Sequence record: OQ363659.1
Length of the DNA stretch: 64,000 nt
Reading direction: 5' to 3' (one strand)
Below are positions 48,345-58,511 of this stretch, in pieces. Made by a program: the position numbers and the translations under genes. The first letter of the stretch is position 1; every line of letters starts with the position of its first letter. The notes under the pieces are model-generated. The model worked only from the letters and a program-made list of their open reading frames with translations, was not told the DNA's origin and did no database searches.

Positions 48345-50507
48345 ATGAGCAACGTTTATTTCGAAGTTTACCGAAACGATACAATGCGGTTAGCTCGTAC
48401 AGTGGTGATTAAGTTTGATGCAGCAGCCACCATTCTGAACGAACGGCTTGCGGAGGAAGGTATCGTCTCGGACGAGCTTAATCCAAAATCTTGGAAGTAC
48501 TACATGAACATGGCTGGCGAGTATCACTCGACTGACAGCATGATGACGGTACGGTCCATGGACACGTTGGAAATGATAGACTTCACAAAGGATAATCTAG
48601 CATTGCACCGTGCAACTGCCCGTGAGTATGTTCCAGGCAGTATCTATTACAATAACCTAGTGCGTCAGTTCCCTGACCAGGTAGGTTTGATCAACGGGAT
48701 TCTCTATCCAATTGATATCGACAAAGCGATTGATTCAAAGGATGGAGAGATTTTGTACTACGATCCTCAGTATGTCGAGGATAACGAAGACAACTTCGCA
48801 TTCGAACTGCAAGACTGGGTAACGTGTTTCTATAACCGTTGGTATAACGAACAGTTCAACATCTCTGACGATTTGTACTTCGCTGGTTTCTTGGGTTCTC
48901 TATACACCCAGCTCCCGATGGCTATCATGCTGATCCGTTTACGGAACGCTAAGACTCGTCGAGCTAACAGCTTCTTCATTCGTGAGTGGTTAGGTTCGAA
49001 CTCCCGTCTAGATGAGTTCATGCCTTACCTCGATAAAGGTCAGCAACTCCATCTGTACCGTGACATCAACTGGTACGAACGAAATGTTGGTAAGGAATCC
49101 ACGTGGCAACGGTTGGTAGACAATATCCTCACGCCTCGCGGCATTCCGTTGATCTGGTATAACATCAAGCAGAATGCATCGGCAATGCCAGGTGAACTCA
49201 AACCTAAAGCTGAACTGCTCAAGCTTGATGTTAACTTCCCTATCGTTCACGAAGGACAAGACAAGACTACGGTCGAACTATTGTTGGAACGGGAAGACGG
49301 GTTAGCTCGTGATAACGCACTCGTACGGTTCGATGCTGAGAAAGAGATTACTGAAAAAATCGAATCTGACCAGTTCTCTACTCTGCCAACTAAGGTACTG
49401 GACTCGGAAGTAATCGACCGGTCTACATCTTCGGTTCGTTCGCATATGAACGTATTGATTAACCATTGGCTGGATCTCTCCGCTCGTGGTAAATACCGCG
49501 CTTATGTTCAGATCCCTAACCCACGTACGGGTGAGCTCATGACTATCTCGGTGAAAGATGCTTTCATCATGATGCTCTACGCTTATATCCAGGTTTGGGA
49601 ATGGGACATGCCAATGATCCCTTCAGTTATTGCTTATGAAGTCATGCGAGATAAACTACCACCGTTGGCAGAACTGAAGAAGTTCGTATCCCCTCGGGTT
49701 ATGCCAGATAAGATCTTAACGGCTATTCAAGACCGTGTATTCCCAATGGGTTCGTACATCTCGACTGAACAGTTCTATCTGGATGCTACACGTTGCCATA
49801 AGTCTTATCTGCGTTTGTGGGAACTCTATTCGTTCCAAGAGCATAAAGACGGTCGGGCTATGTGTGAGAACGCTGTTAAGGCTCACTACATGAACCGTAC
49901 TTGCCGTTTGGTAAGGGAACCGATCTCTTTTGATGATTACTTCCTACCACAAGGCATTGACATTCGTGGCTTCCGTCAATCGGAATATGAACAGCTCGTA
50001 ACGGATTGTATCAACATTGCTACGGGTGCAAACCTGTACAAAGTGATCACACTGGGTGAGATCCAACGTGAACTGCTGCGGTTGATGAAGCGTCTATCCT
50101 CATACCCGCTCCAGTACCTCCGTAACGTCGCTTACACGAACTTCCACGTCATCGGAATGCCATCGGTAAGGTTAGGTGACTACCGTGCTGAAATGAGCGC
50201 ATATTTCCGTGCTACTGTGGATGAGATTGATGTTCATGCTTACCGGTCTAAAGGTGAGCAAACTATCAAGATCTCTGACAAGATCGTAATGCCTACGATT
50301 CGTGAATCGGCAGATGGGAACATCTACCGTAAGATCGATCCGATGGTTTACATCAATAACCTGTCGCTGTCGATGGTTAATGTCAAGACTCGTGTACCAC
50401 ACATCGGTTTGCAGAAGGTTACCTTCACGGTAGATGATGCTCCACCGGTGGACAACTACCTGGGTCAATACCAGAACTCTAACGATCCTAATTACCCAGA
50501 CATGTAA
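48345..50507 (+). CDS. Virion baseplate-type structural protein (phiKZ gp128-like)
   Basis: WKYYMNMAGEYH N-terminal motif; 720 aa; divergent from the portal. Confidence 0.78.
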   Translation: MSNVYFEVYRNDTMRLARTVVIKFDAAATILNERLAEEGIVSDELNPKSWKYYMNMAGEYHSTDSMMTVRSMDTLEMIDFTKDNLALHRATAREYVPGSIYYNNLVRQFPDQVGLINGILYPIDIDKAIDSKDGEILYYDPQYVEDNEDNFAFELQDWVTCFYNRWYNEQFNISDDLYFAGFLGSLYTQLPMAIMLIRLRNAKTRRANSFFIREWLGSNSRLDEFMPYLDKGQQLHLYRDINWYERNVGKESTWQRLVDNILTPRGIPLIWYNIKQNASAMPGELKPKAELLKLDVNFPIVHEGQDKTTVELLLEREDGLARDNALVRFDAEKEITEKIESDQFSTLPTKVLDSEVIDRSTSSVRSHMNVLINHWLDLSARGKYRAYVQIPNPRTGELMTISVKDAFIMMLYAYIQVWEWDMPMIPSVIAYEVMRDKLPPLAELKKFVSPRVMPDKILTAIQDRVFPMGSYISTEQFYLDATRCHKSYLRLWELYSFQEHKDGRAMCENAVKAHYMNRTCRLVREPISFDDYFLPQGIDIRGFRQSEYEQLVTDCINIATGANLYKVITLGEIQRELLRLMKRLSSYPLQYLRNVAYTNFHVIGMPSVRLGDYRAEMSAYFRATVDEIDVHAYRSKGEQTIKISDKIVMPTIRESADGNIYRKIDPMVYINNLSLSMVNVKTRVPHIGLQKVTFTVDDAPPVDNYLGQYQNSNDPNYPDM

Positions 50508-50515
50508 GGTGCTCT

Positions 50516-51394
50516 ATGTACATCACACAAGACTACCTAAAGGTAGGGTCGTGGCAAGCTGTCATCGACATGATCAATGACAAGTATAACTTCCAACTCC
50601 AACCCGGAATTGTGAAGCTAAAAGAAATGAAAGCTTTGGGTCCCAAAAGGACCCAGATCGAAATCATTCCTAATCGGTCAACCAATCCGATTAACTTGAT
50701 GCCTGAGATCACTGAAACGATCTTCACCTACGATCGACTGGACTGCACTGAGTTCTTCCGTAACACAGTGGCGGTTAACATCAGTGGAATGAAGCTCCCG
50801 ATCACTACGTTCGATATCCTGAACTACATCGGTGCTAAGAATGAGATCGTGTTTGAGGTTGACGACTTCATTCACCAAACTTTCGATCACTACAGTGCTA
50901 TTGGTGAGGCTGACTTCGTTATCAAGGCTGACCCACGTTCCCTGCGATTTGTAGGGAGTCTAAAGGTTCGGTTAACCAACACGTTGAAGTTTGATCTGAC
51001 TACGCTATCAGGTCAAAGCTTTGAATTCCCGGATGTAGCGCAGCAACATGACAAGTTATTCATCAATGGTAACTTCGAAATGAATCGTTTCGACTTTACT
51101 GAACAACGTGAATTGTTGCGTAGTATTCCAGTTGGGTTGTACCATGATCCGGGTAAGGTAGCTCAGGCTATAAGTCGGCAGACCACGCAGGTATACTCAG
51201 TCAAGCCTACGCCCGCTACGCGCTCACTGGTGCACACTTTAGTTCAAGGTGAGCCACACTGTAAGGTTCTGTATAACGGCGCTCCTATCCCGCGATGGAC
51301 GTCTCGTACGGACTGTCAAAGGGTGATCGTAATCGAACTGAACACGACGTACTGCACGAGTGTCAGTGGTTATCTTCGTCTGCATTATAACTGA
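50516..51394 (+). CDS. Virion structural protein (phiKZ gp127-like)
   Basis: FTYDRLD block; 292 aa. Confidence 0.7.
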   Translation: MYITQDYLKVGSWQAVIDMINDKYNFQLQPGIVKLKEMKALGPKRTQIEIIPNRSTNPINLMPEITETIFTYDRLDCTEFFRNTVAVNISGMKLPITTFDILNYIGAKNEIVFEVDDFIHQTFDHYSAIGEADFVIKADPRSLRFVGSLKVRLTNTLKFDLTTLSGQSFEFPDVAQQHDKLFINGNFEMNRFDFTEQRELLRSIPVGLYHDPGKVAQAISRQTTQVYSVKPTPATRSLVHTLVQGEPHCKVLYNGAPIPRWTSRTDCQRVIVIELNTTYCTSVSGYLRLHYN

Positions 51395-51401
51395 GGTAGC
51401 C

Positions 51402-51827
51402 ATGATCAACTACGACGTAAAAGAAGCGCTATTGAATCGCTTCAACAAAGCTACAGGGCAAAATGTCCAACTAGACGATGTGAACTTTATCAATGCGGGT
51501 GTCTGGTTACAGAATGCTTGCAACGCTAAGGTAACCATCCAAGCGAAAACTACATCTAACGATTACGGTGGCACTATTGACTTACTGTACAACCGTTATC
51601 GAATCGATGAGTACATTCCCGATTTGGTACTGGGTGGTAAACCTGGGGACTTTGCTACTAATCATGAAGTGTTGGCATATCTGCGATCGGTATATCAACT
51701 CCCTGCATACCCCGAAGACTTCAACCTTGCAACGATCAGTCCTACGGCAACGTCGGTTACGCTGACTCCACGGATCAATGCGATTGCTTGGCTGCCTCCT
51801 TACCCCGTCACACTCCGTTTCGAATAA
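51402..51827 (+). CDS. Virion structural protein, short paralog
   Basis: GAGGT RBS, ATG 51402; LLYNRYRI block. Confidence 0.7.
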   Translation: MINYDVKEALLNRFNKATGQNVQLDDVNFINAGVWLQNACNAKVTIQAKTTSNDYGGTIDLLYNRYRIDEYIPDLVLGGKPGDFATNHEVLAYLRSVYQLPAYPEDFNLATISPTATSVTLTPRINAIAWLPPYPVTLRFE

Positions 51828-51845
51828 AAAAAAATAAGGCATAAA

Positions 51846-51866
51846 GGCCTCCCATTACGGGAGGCC
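51846..51866. terminator. Bidirectional terminator
   Basis: GGCCTCCC-ATTAC-GGGAGGCC flanked by GGCATAAA and TATGTC. Confidence 0.85.
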
Positions 51867-51875
51867 AATATGTCG

Positions 51876-52331
51876 TCAGATTTCAATAGTGGTTATTTGT
51901 TTAAGTTCGGGCTGGTTTACCCACACATCGCCTTGTCCTTGGTTATAGGAGACGACGTGGTTGTCTTGGATAAACTGCTCGAGCTTGCCCTTGTTAACGA
52001 CGATGGATTGCCACACACGATTTTCTCCATCGGTCGTCTTCAGCACACGTACAATTACACCTTCATATGCAGCACGCTTATGCTTCAGCAATGCACTATG
52101 CAAGATGCGACGTTGCTTCATAGGCAACCTGTCTCTGCGAGCCCAGGCTTTAACTACACGCACGCTATGTTCAGTCAATAGCGGCGTGTACACTGCTCTC
52201 AACATGAGCTGGAGTACGGAGCGAAGACGGTTTCTCCTGTCAGCCATCTTCTTGGCAATGCGATGTTTCCGCTTGCCCACCATAAACCACTCTGCTGAGG
52301 CAGACACTTTTCGTAGTCGTACTTTAGTCAT
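51876..52331 (-). CDS. Highly basic hypothetical protein
   Basis: 151 aa, Arg/Lys-rich; ATGA-coupled. Confidence 0.65.
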   Translation of the reverse strand: MTKVRLRKVSASAEWFMVGKRKHRIAKKMADRRNRLRSVLQLMLRAVYTPLLTEHSVRVVKAWARRDRLPMKQRRILHSALLKHKRAAYEGVIVRVLKTTDGENRVWQSIVVNKGKLEQFIQDNHVVSYNQGQGDVWVNQPELKQITTIEI

Positions 52332-53062
52332 TCAAATACCACCACGAATTCGTTGTCTTTGAAACCGATCATACCACGATCAGCATGGAACACTTCTACA
52401 CCAATGCGTTCGAGTGCTTCTACATAGTCCTTCTGGAACTGGCCAGCCTTGCGCACTTGGTAGCGCAGTTGATCAGCCAGTGCACGATGCGAGAAGCGGA
52501 AATACATTGCACGTTGTTCAGCCAGGCTAGTAGTCGACTGGATTCTCCAGCGCTCGTTACTCGGCATCATATCCGCATACGACCAATCGCGTACCCCTTT
52601 CAGGTACAGGTCATAGCGAAGCGCGTGTACATTGTAAACAACAGCGAGTGGGCCTTTCCCACCAGTTGGCAGTTGTGCTGTTGGGTCAACAATCTCAATG
52701 CGCGGTTGAGCTAGTTGTTTGGATTCTTCAGCGTACGGATTAAATGCCACATATTGTCCGTCGTTGTACATGAAGAGATCGCCAGTGGATGTGATCTTGT
52801 AAGGAGCATCAGTACGACCCGGTTCAGGCAGGTCGTCCATTGAAGCGTAGTGGTAACAACCATCTACGAGTTCACGATGTTTACGAGGCGCTACTGCCTC
52901 TGGGAAAAGAGCCGGTAGAATCTGCTCATTGTACATTTGGTTATGGCGGCGGCAGTGTTCATCAGCTGCGTCTGTGAAACGGCAACCTGTGCCTTCTTTC
53001 AGTGCATCGAGATCCATAACTTGAGCCAGAGCGGTGTCACACAGGTCAACAGTAGCGTTCAT
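52328..53062 (-). CDS. Hypothetical protein
   Basis: 244 aa, AAGGA RBS. Confidence 0.7.
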   Translation of the reverse strand: MNATVDLCDTALAQVMDLDALKEGTGCRFTDAADEHCRRHNQMYNEQILPALFPEAVAPRKHRELVDGCYHYASMDDLPEPGRTDAPYKITSTGDLFMYNDGQYVAFNPYAEESKQLAQPRIEIVDPTAQLPTGGKGPLAVVYNVHALRYDLYLKGVRDWSYADMMPSNERWRIQSTTSLAEQRAMYFRFSHRALADQLRYQVRKAGQFQKDYVEALERIGVEVFHADRGMIGFKDNEFVVVFE

Positions 53063-53099
53063 CGTAATGTCCTTAAAAGTTTGAGTTTAGCGAAATAGG

Positions 53100-53444
53100 T
53101 TATTCAGTTGGAACGAATTCGAGGTATTGGATAACTGCGCCGATTGGCTTGCCTTGGCGGAACTGCATGGCGTACACCGGTTCGATGGTGTAGTCCAGGT
53201 GATCGTCTTCAGTCCAACCATCCAGCAGGTTCAGATCGAAGTCGAAGCCATGGTCGTTGAACTTCACGTTGGTGATGTAAGCCTTGGCATTGCGAGCTTC
53301 ACTTACCACATCGACAGGAGAATCTTTGTGAGCCAGGTAAACCCACTGGTTCGATTCAAAGAACTTACGCCAGTCTGCGGCAACCAGGCCTTTGTCACGA
53401 GAGAAGTTACGAGCGCATACACTTACTACATTGCTACCAGTCAT
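53100..53444 (-). CDS. Hypothetical protein
   Basis: GGAG RBS before ATG 53444; strong codon bias. Confidence 0.7.
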   Translation of the reverse strand: MTGSNVVSVCARNFSRDKGLVAADWRKFFESNQWVYLAHKDSPVDVVSEARNAKAYITNVKFNDHGFDFDLNLLDGWTEDDHLDYTIEPVYAMQFRQGKPIGAVIQYLEFVPTE

Positions 53445-53468
53445 TACAAACTCCAAACCGAAATAGAA

Positions 53469-53486
53469 CCCTCCCCGAAGGGAGGG
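53469..53486 (-). terminator. Intrinsic terminator
   Basis: CCCTCCC-TTCG-GGGAGGG then TTCTATTT. Confidence 0.8.
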
Positions 53487-53498
53487 CTTTATGATGTC

Positions 53499-55637
53499 TT
53501 ACGCTACGCGCTTGAACATGAATGCCGATTGAACCAGCACGCCTTTGAAGAACTCCAGGTAAGCACCGTCGAGGGTGACTACACGGAAGCGGGAGAGGAT
53601 ACGCTCTGCTTCGCTAGCACGCTTGTACATGCCTTTGATTGCATCGATCAGCGCTTGGTGGGTATAGCTCGACACGAGTTGTGCTTCGCTGTTCAGCTTG
53701 CTGTCCGTCAGATCAGCCAGCACCCAACCGGTTTGCAGGTTCACGAACGAATCGTTGATCGAGAACACAACTTCACCATCTTCTTCTACGGTACGGTGCA
53801 GCTGTACCGCGCGAGCCAGGATCAACGAAGCAGCTTCTTTCAGCAGCTTGATGTACTTGGCATCATAGTTGGTGTTGAGCTCATCGAACAGCGGGGTGAT
53901 GTCTTCGATGAAATCGTCGATATCGATATCCATCGACATTGCATCTTTCAGGAAGCTGTTGGTTTCCTGGGTCAGACGTTCGTTGATGAAGTTGAACACG
54001 CGATCCGGAAGCAGACCTTGACGGTTCGCCAGAGCGAAGTCTTTTGCGATCTGTTGCAGATCGTTGGTATCCAACGAGGTCATCAGAGCATCGAAGCAAT
54101 CTTGATCGATGTCGATCAGGTGAGTACGAGTGGAAGCATACTCATGCGAGGGCAGCTTAGCTTCTTTCGACAGACCCAACATCGAACGCAGAACCTTACG
54201 CGATTCGACTTCGTTTTCCATGTCGGTAGTACCTTGGAAATCGACAGTCATTTTAACCGGCTGAGTTTCGTCAACCAGTTGGAGTTCTTTCACTTGCTCG
54301 ATCGGCAGCATGTTGTTGATCTCGGTGGAAACCTTCAGCGCCGTCACACGGACTTCGCCATCTGGTTTGTATGCAGCACCACGAAGATCAGCATCGATCT
54401 CGTGCCTCATGTAATCCATCATTTCATTCATTTCGACAATGCTCTCTTGAACCATGCCGTCTGGCCACTTCGTATAGAAGCGGATAAACTTCTCAGGGTT
54501 CACCATCTGCGTGTAGACGAATGTATCGTTACGCGTTACTTGCCAATCAACTTGGTAAGCAGGACGCGTTACAACACCGCCTGGGGAATAGACGTAGTCG
54601 TAAGGACGTTCACGATCGATCGTTACACCTTGTGGGGTGTAATAGTCGGGATCGAGAATGACATCACGAGCGGATGTTGGGATCGGACGATCCAGTTCTT
54701 CTACCGGCACCAGAGGTTGCTGGATTACCGGTGCAGTTGCTTCAGCTACCGACACACCGTAAGACTCCACTGGATTCAAAGCTGGGGTCATTGCAGGTTG
54801 TGCTGGTTGTACAGCCATTGGTTGTTGGACTGGTTCCGCAGCAGGGATACCATAATCCATACCGGTGCTACCTTGACCCTGAACCGAGTGAACAGCCATT
54901 GCTGGTTGTACGCTCAGGGACTGAGAACCGACAGCCATGCTCGACAGTTGCATCGGAGCACGCTGAACCATTTGTTGCTGACCATATTGCATGGTGTTGC
55001 CAATCGCTGGCAGTTGACCCATACCTGGTTGCTGCATGGAAACCATCTGGCCATTTTGCTGATACATCTGTTGCTGTGGAGCCATCATGCGACCCGAGCG
55101 ATAGGCTTGGATGTCTTGCATGATTGCGCCGTAGACCTGGCTGAACTTCTGGATGTCGTTTACTGCTGCTTGGTCATTGCCCACGAACTGCATCAACTGT
55201 GGTTGTGCGGCAACGCACGTCGACAGATAGCATTTGAACATGGTCATGGCTGCTTTATCAGTAGCGCCATCTGGAGTGTTGTTCTGGCCCTGTACTACGA
55301 GCAGGAACTCCAGGAAGCCAGCAACGTGATCAACCCACTGATTCCAGATTTGATTCTGGAAACGATTCTGGGAGATCTGGTTGTATGCCCAGCTGTGCAG
55401 ACAGGAGCGGTTAGAACGGCTTTGCAGATGCAGTCGGAACTTGCCCACTGCCAATGCCAGCAATTGTTGCGCTTGTGGGTTCTGAAGCCACTGAGTTGGC
55501 TGGATAGCGATCTGAAGATCGTTACCATGAGGCAGATTTGGGTTGAAGGAACTTTGATCGACCTGGTTGTAACAGATGTTAGCCAGGTATTGCAGTTGGT
55601 TCTGTTGCGGCTGTTGCATCATTTGCTGCGTATACAT
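53499..55637 (-). CDS. Conserved 712-aa protein with central Gln/Met/Pro-rich disordered region
   Basis: Low-complexity aa ~170-290; own early-type promoter; strong codon bias. Confidence 0.8.
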   Translation of the reverse strand: MYTQQMMQQPQQNQLQYLANICYNQVDQSSFNPNLPHGNDLQIAIQPTQWLQNPQAQQLLALAVGKFRLHLQSRSNRSCLHSWAYNQISQNRFQNQIWNQWVDHVAGFLEFLLVVQGQNNTPDGATDKAAMTMFKCYLSTCVAAQPQLMQFVGNDQAAVNDIQKFSQVYGAIMQDIQAYRSGRMMAPQQQMYQQNGQMVSMQQPGMGQLPAIGNTMQYGQQQMVQRAPMQLSSMAVGSQSLSVQPAMAVHSVQGQGSTGMDYGIPAAEPVQQPMAVQPAQPAMTPALNPVESYGVSVAEATAPVIQQPLVPVEELDRPIPTSARDVILDPDYYTPQGVTIDRERPYDYVYSPGGVVTRPAYQVDWQVTRNDTFVYTQMVNPEKFIRFYTKWPDGMVQESIVEMNEMMDYMRHEIDADLRGAAYKPDGEVRVTALKVSTEINNMLPIEQVKELQLVDETQPVKMTVDFQGTTDMENEVESRKVLRSMLGLSKEAKLPSHEYASTRTHLIDIDQDCFDALMTSLDTNDLQQIAKDFALANRQGLLPDRVFNFINERLTQETNSFLKDAMSMDIDIDDFIEDITPLFDELNTNYDAKYIKLLKEAASLILARAVQLHRTVEEDGEVVFSINDSFVNLQTGWVLADLTDSKLNSEAQLVSSYTHQALIDAIKGMYKRASEAERILSRFRVVTLDGAYLEFFKGVLVQSAFMFKRVA

Positions 55638-55696
55638 GCTTTTTCCTGTTTGGAGATTTGCATAGGGGTTACCCCTTCTGTGTGGATCTTACCCCT

Positions 55697-55717
55697 GTGA
55701 TATAGATCTGAGAATTT
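55697..55717 (-). promoter_or_regulatory. Early promoter variant AAATTCTCAGATC-TATATCAC
   Basis: One mismatch to the core; upstream element shared with 5456 and 59162. Confidence 0.7.
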
Positions 55718-57344
55718 ATCGACTGAAACGCGACTGCGCGTGATCGATTCGTTCTCTTACTTCTTCACGTCGTTCGATCAGACCGTCATGACGGAACTTA
55801 GCGAACAGGTTTAGACGGCCACGACCATCAGGGTTGTTTTTCGGTTGGTTCCGATATTGACATACCTCAGCAATCGAAGCGTTCAACAGTCGGGAGTTAT
55901 CCGCGAGCAGGGATTTGTTGTGAGCCAATGCAGACTTCGCTCGGTCCTGTGGAACGAGGATAGAGGTACAACGAATCACCTTGTTAGAACCCGGCATGGA
56001 CAACGTATCCAATTCACCGTGTTCCGAGGTCAGCTTACGAATGGCTGTGTTCAGTTTGAATGAACGCTTCAAGCCATCGTTGAGTTCTTGCATGGACCAT
56101 TCCGTTTTATCACGACGGCCTTGGAACATATACGAGAACATCGATACTGCGTAGTTGAAGTCTTCCATCACATACGGCAGTACAGTGAGGCGCTTGTTAT
56201 ACATCGACGTTTCATCAATGTCGGATGCGTACAAGTGGTGGGCCATGTCCGTCAGGATCGAGTGGAACAGTTCCCAGATGCTGCCAGCTTTAACCCCTAC
56301 GGATTCAAGCTCTTTGCTGGTCATCTCATCGAGCGTGGTTTCCAGCGAATACATGTGCGACTTGATGTTCTCTGCAACTTTACCCTGGTGCTCGAAGTCA
56401 CCGAATACCATGTGGCCGAGGATAATGCGCCACAGGTCAATGGTGTCTGCGTAGTGGGGTTCAACAAACCGGTTAGGGAATGTGTCAACCACATACCAGA
56501 AACCGGCTACCAGTCGCTTGACCAGATCAGTTTCCTGATGTGCGGGTACTACCAGGACATGTTCACCGGTTGGGTGATTACCTGTCAACTGGGCGGACTG
56601 ATACACGTTCCATTGGTCACGTGGGTATTTCTCTGGTGGGAAATCTTTCAGATAACCGACTTGTACATCTGCTCCAGCCCATTGCTTGAATGTTTGCGTC
56701 ACACCAAACTGAGCGAAGAAGTATTGCGCCAACGATGATTCAATCCGATCGCGCTTGTCGTAATCTTTCTTGGTACGCTTACCCATCTCGTTGTGAATCT
56801 GAGACCAGATAACGTACATGATCTTGCGGTTACCGTTACAGAAGTAGTGATGCGACTTCTGCTTGAACGTCAACTTGGTTCTGCGGAATGGAATGAAGAT
56901 GCTACCATTCAATACCGAGAAGCCTACGTCTTTCGACACTGGAGACACAGTGTAGTTTGCACCATTGAGCGTGACGATGCCGCCGTCTTCTACATAGGGC
57001 AACAACAACGGACGAGGGAACAACGGCTCGTTCTTGTAGGTGAAGTTCAAGTTCACCATGTACGTGTTCGTTTTAGCGATGTTTGCAATCCGCTTCGAAC
57101 CATACTCACGAGTGATCTCATCGAAGTGCTTCCACGCTGTTACCAACGTGTTCCCGACATACTTGAAATCGTCAGGCCAGCTGCTTGCGTTAATTGCCAT
57201 GATCTTATCGATTTCTTTCCGGGTCTGGTTCATCCCGGTTTCTTCATCGATTGACATCATCTGTTCTACTGCGATGCCGTTTGCCAGGATAGGATTCATC
57301 CGCGGCATTCTTGCTTTGATACCAGCAATTAGTTTCGGGTCCAA
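55716..57344 (-). CDS. rpoB: Non-virion RNA polymerase beta subunit, N-terminal part (phiKZ gp123-like)
   Basis: LLLPYV..GGIVTLNG..Y.VSPV RpoB-like region; synteny with capsid; probable TTG start at 57344 with AAGGAG RBS. Confidence 0.85.
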   Translation of the reverse strand: MDPKLIAGIKARMPRMNPILANGIAVEQMMSIDEETGMNQTRKEIDKIMAINASSWPDDFKYVGNTLVTAWKHFDEITREYGSKRIANIAKTNTYMVNLNFTYKNEPLFPRPLLLPYVEDGGIVTLNGANYTVSPVSKDVGFSVLNGSIFIPFRRTKLTFKQKSHHYFCNGNRKIMYVIWSQIHNEMGKRTKKDYDKRDRIESSLAQYFFAQFGVTQTFKQWAGADVQVGYLKDFPPEKYPRDQWNVYQSAQLTGNHPTGEHVLVVPAHQETDLVKRLVAGFWYVVDTFPNRFVEPHYADTIDLWRIILGHMVFGDFEHQGKVAENIKSHMYSLETTLDEMTSKELESVGVKAGSIWELFHSILTDMAHHLYASDIDETSMYNKRLTVLPYVMEDFNYAVSMFSYMFQGRRDKTEWSMQELNDGLKRSFKLNTAIRKLTSEHGELDTLSMPGSNKVIRCTSILVPQDRAKSALAHNKSLLADNSRLLNASIAEVCQYRNQPKNNPDGRGRLNLFAKFRHDGLIERREEVRERIDHAQSRFSR

Positions 57345-57345
57345 G

Positions 57346-58506
57346 CTATTTTTCTCCTTTGAGGCTGTCAATGATCTTGATGATTGCCTCGATGCCTTTC
57401 GGACCGGTAATCAACAGACCCACCGCACCCTGAACGAGCGATAGGACTGCTGCACGTTTAACATTCGTGCTGGCTTCTTTCTTATCTGTTCGTTGGTCAT
57501 TATAGGCGCGTTCTTCTCTGCTCAGCTGCAAGGCTTCACGGAGTTCTCGAGCTTCTCGTTCGGCTTCTTTAATCCGCCGTTCGTATTCTCGGTTCTCAGC
57601 TTCGCGCTGTAGCTTTTCTTCATTCTGTCGACGGTCATAAATCGTCTGGTCTTCTTTGATACGTCTTTCGTAGTCTCGGTCTACCTGCTGTTGATAAGCT
57701 CGTTGAGCCTGAGCGATCTCTGCTGCGGTTTCACCGCGTGCAGCTGCTGCATCTTGCTCAGTCATATAAAAACCATTCGCAGACAACTCGTCTATGCGAT
57801 ACGTTCGTTCGGTCCCATTCGAATGGATAATAAGTCCTTCGGGTTGGTTGGGATCATTCTGGTTCTTACACAAGAACCGTGTGGTCGTGCCTTTTAGATT
57901 AAGCCAAATCCCCTCGATGCAATAATCGATCTTGTTAAAGGAGGCTACAATGCCTTCGCCTGTATGAACAATTGCCGGTGGACGATAGTCCGCCGGATAG
58001 ATCGGTGCACCTTTGTGATGTTTCGCCAGTCTGATTACGATACCCAGGGCTTCGATGTGAACACCGCCTGGAGATCGCTTCAACATTTCCAGAGGGATGT
58101 CCCAATAGAAATACAGTGTACCTGCTGTAACTGCCTGAGTATGTTCGAGATCTTGTCCCTTCAGAGCTTTGTCGATATAATCAACCATCTCTGGTGGTAC
58201 ATGTTGCATGAGCTCATGCATACCTAGGTAATCTGGTTTTGCACTACCACAAGGTTTCAACGACACCTCAACCCGCACTACTTCAGGATTATCTGGAGAG
58301 CGTGGGTCGAGGTGATATGGAATGCAAAGATTATCCCAAGCAACAATCTCCATCCGTGTACGGTTTTCGATGTTCACGGATTTGACTAGAGTTGCGTACT
58401 TGGGATTAGATACAGGGAACGTATCAGTCTTTGTATTCGGCTTTGTGGTTGGGGTTTTGTTAAACCCAGTAACGCGAGAGAATGGATCGATGATGCTTGA
58501 CGTCAT
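57346..58506 (-). CDS. Conserved protein with C-terminal charged coiled coil (phiKZ gp122-like)
   Basis: 386 aa; DYERRIKE / EYERRIKE duplicated helix; synteny. Confidence 0.7.
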   Translation of the reverse strand: MTSSIIDPFSRVTGFNKTPTTKPNTKTDTFPVSNPKYATLVKSVNIENRTRMEIVAWDNLCIPYHLDPRSPDNPEVVRVEVSLKPCGSAKPDYLGMHELMQHVPPEMVDYIDKALKGQDLEHTQAVTAGTLYFYWDIPLEMLKRSPGGVHIEALGIVIRLAKHHKGAPIYPADYRPPAIVHTGEGIVASFNKIDYCIEGIWLNLKGTTTRFLCKNQNDPNQPEGLIIHSNGTERTYRIDELSANGFYMTEQDAAAARGETAAEIAQAQRAYQQQVDRDYERRIKEDQTIYDRRQNEEKLQREAENREYERRIKEAEREARELREALQLSREERAYNDQRTDKKEASTNVKRAAVLSLVQGAVGLLITGPKGIEAIIKIIDSLKGEK

Positions 58507-58511
58507 AAAAG

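Noticed and set aside
53127-55700. 857-aa plus-strand ORF
   Set aside because: It is antisense to two strongly codon-biased genes in the same register and crosses a terminator. Rarity of TTA/CTA/TCA codons in the real genes explains the lack of stops, and the product is not protein-like.
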